DNA of 64,000 bases. It comes from Hemiscyllium ocellatum (taxonomy: Eukaryota). Below, in pieces: positions 61,898 through 64,000 of this stretch. The notes under the pieces are model-generated. The model was not told the origin of the DNA. It saw only the letters and a list, made by a program, of their open reading frames with translations, and made no database searches. The stretch's first letter is position 1. Every line of letters starts with the position of its first letter. The stretch spans positions 13,330,001 to 13,394,000 of the forward strand of contig NC_083406.1 in NCBI RefSeq assembly GCF_020745735.1. The letters are read 5' to 3'. Position numbers and translations under genes: made by a program.

Positions 61898-63845
61898 TTT
61901 AATGAGAAAAAGGATTACTACTTGGTTTAATTCTGACTCTATTCACAATTGTACACAGTTGTGGATTGGACTAGATCATTTGCAAACTTAAGTGACCTAT
62001 CTAACATCGAACTGAGTTTTTTTTCCCCAACTATTCTTGCTCATAAACAAAGCCATTTACTTTTACATTAGGTTGCTGCCAACGATTGTGGAGTTCAGCA
62101 ATTAGAAGTAACAGAGTAGAGAATAAGAACAAGATCTAATGTAAAAAGAAACGATTTGACGTAGACGCAGGCAAAAAAGAATAATGGACCGAAGAAGAGG
62201 GAAAACCTATGAATGAACGAATGTGATGAGATACAGAAATTGTGAGCACCAGACACTGGTAATAGATTAGAGAAAGGGAAATGCAAGCAGATAAGTTGGA
62301 CCAACAGAATGATAGAGCCAAATATCACAGGAGTAGGCCTTCACTGGTATAGACAAAAATTCACTGTATAAAAGCAAATGTCATTTAGTTTTAGATCTGA
62401 GAGAATGACTTTATAGTTCAACACTGAGATATGAAAAATTGACTATAATACCCTAGTTCATTCACTTGACGCCTATTGTATGCAGTTGAATTTGAAATTC
62501 AAGTAAATGAAGTCTGTATTTGCTTGCTGCTGATGTCAAAATAATCCATCATATAAATTCCAAGGCCAGTTGAAATGTTGGATTTTATTTGTGACTGAAA
62601 TAAAAAGATTTTCTTTGTGCATGAATACTCTATAAAAACAAAGTCAACTTAAGCAGCCATATATTTGTAACACTGAAGTCAAGCTGACAGCATTCGGCAG
62701 TATTCGAAGGAATATGAATGCACTCAGTACTTTGCAATAAGTGTCTAGTGATGGGATATTTTGTTTGGAGTTTAGATAATGGAATGACCAGGCTGATGTG
62801 TTTTTGTGTTTTGAAAGTCTTTGCAAGCCTGCTGTATCCATGAGCTGCATTTTATTTTTTTCTTTGAAATGTCTATTTTCATAAAATTCTGCAGCATGAC
62901 AAATTTTCTTAATACAGTGGCATCCTATTTCATTGAATCATGCAAAATCCTTTGTAATAAAGTAATATTACGTTGAGAGCGATTCAGTTTTAAAGAAGTA
63001 TACTTTACAGGGCTCAAAAGTTTGGGCCAGCACAACTTGAATTATGCCTCCAGAAGTTCAGCCAAGCTACCATTATATTTACAAAATATGAGCAATTTAC
63101 TGATTTTAATTTGTTGCATAGTTCAGAGTGCCGTTATCTTCAGTTTCTACTGAATGTCGAAAGTTTGATTTCTGTTATAAATGTATGGCTATTTAATTTA
63201 ACTTTTTAAAAATAAAGTTTACAGTCTGACTTCCTCTTCCCTTTAGACAAGTTTTAAAAAAAAATTGATCTTTGCTTAACCCTCTTTATATTTTACATTT
63301 GTCAGCTGTGAACCACTTAAGTTTACTTCTCCCATTCAAACAAATGGTTGTGCATAATTTTGATCCATTTTGTTGTATGTGGGACAAAATTACTTCAGCT
63401 GTGTAACCAGTATAGCAGCCTGTATGCTATCAAAACGTTTGCTACAAGAAATAATCATACTACATTTTATGCCTCAGCAAACATGCGTAACCAATTGGAA
63501 AACATGACTAAGCTAAATAAAATAAATTGCAACAATGTTTGACGGCTGCACTTGGACACTGCACCAATTCACAGTGGTCTAGCCAACTAACAACATTGCT
63601 AATGAGAAAGAAACTTGACTTTCAGACAGAAGCAGCAGGGTGGGGAATAACAGTGGTTGAGTGATCTCGAAGTATTTGAATTTGTTTGTCTGGCTGTATG
63701 AATTTTATTTGCAGTTTTTAAAAACAGTAAATGAGCTGATTGGAATTGAATGATTTACCTTGTAAAGACAGTATCTCTTTATTTTTCTGTATTTTTGATT
63801 GTGGTCTAAAATGAGAAGATTTTTTTTCTCTCAAAAGAAAACTAT

Positions 63846-64000
63846 GATTAGGTTAGATTAGATTCGCTACAGTGTGGAAGCAGGCCCTTTGGCCCAACCA
63901 GTCCACACCGCTCCTCCAAAGAGAAACCCACCCAAACCCATTCCCCTACATTTACCCCTGACTAACGCACCTAACACTGTGGGCAATTTAGTATGGCCAA
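63846..64000 (-). mobile_element. HE1-type SINE 3' end (runs off the window)
   Basis: (TTAGA)n tail, GTGTGGAAGCAGGCCC, and GGGCAATTTAGTATGGCCAA. Confidence 0.85.

Overview
Vertebrate genomic DNA, almost certainly an elasmobranch (shark), judged from HE1-type SINEs, abundant CR1/HER1-type LINEs and Deu-domain SINEs. The only host gene seen is a CpG-island promoter (~4610-5360) and a 64-nt first coding exon (4904-4967, + strand). It encodes a signal peptide (MAGRQPPAAAPLLLATLLLLP) and ends in a phase-1 GT donor. I cannot name the gene, and I found no convincing exon 2, so the remaining ~59 kb is read as intron 1. Upstream of the promoter are a ~2.5-kb G/T-rich minisatellite with higher-order repeats and a polypurine tract. 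The intron is dense with nested, mostly decayed retroelements (CR1, Gypsy, Tx1/L1, Penelope-like, SINEs). The most interesting signal is about ten short (80-210 bp), tail-less, non-autonomous Penelope-type insertions from two sequence families, five with 10-13 bp target-site duplications. Most carry a minimal type-I hammerhead ribozyme motif: CUGANGA, an extra A, stem II, GAAA, and a palindromic ACGU or AGCU in place of stem III. Three cores look intact, two of them on the host sense strand. There is also a near-perfect 75-bp inverted repeat at 44776-44948. All calls were made by eye. Element boundaries are approximate unless a TSD is given.
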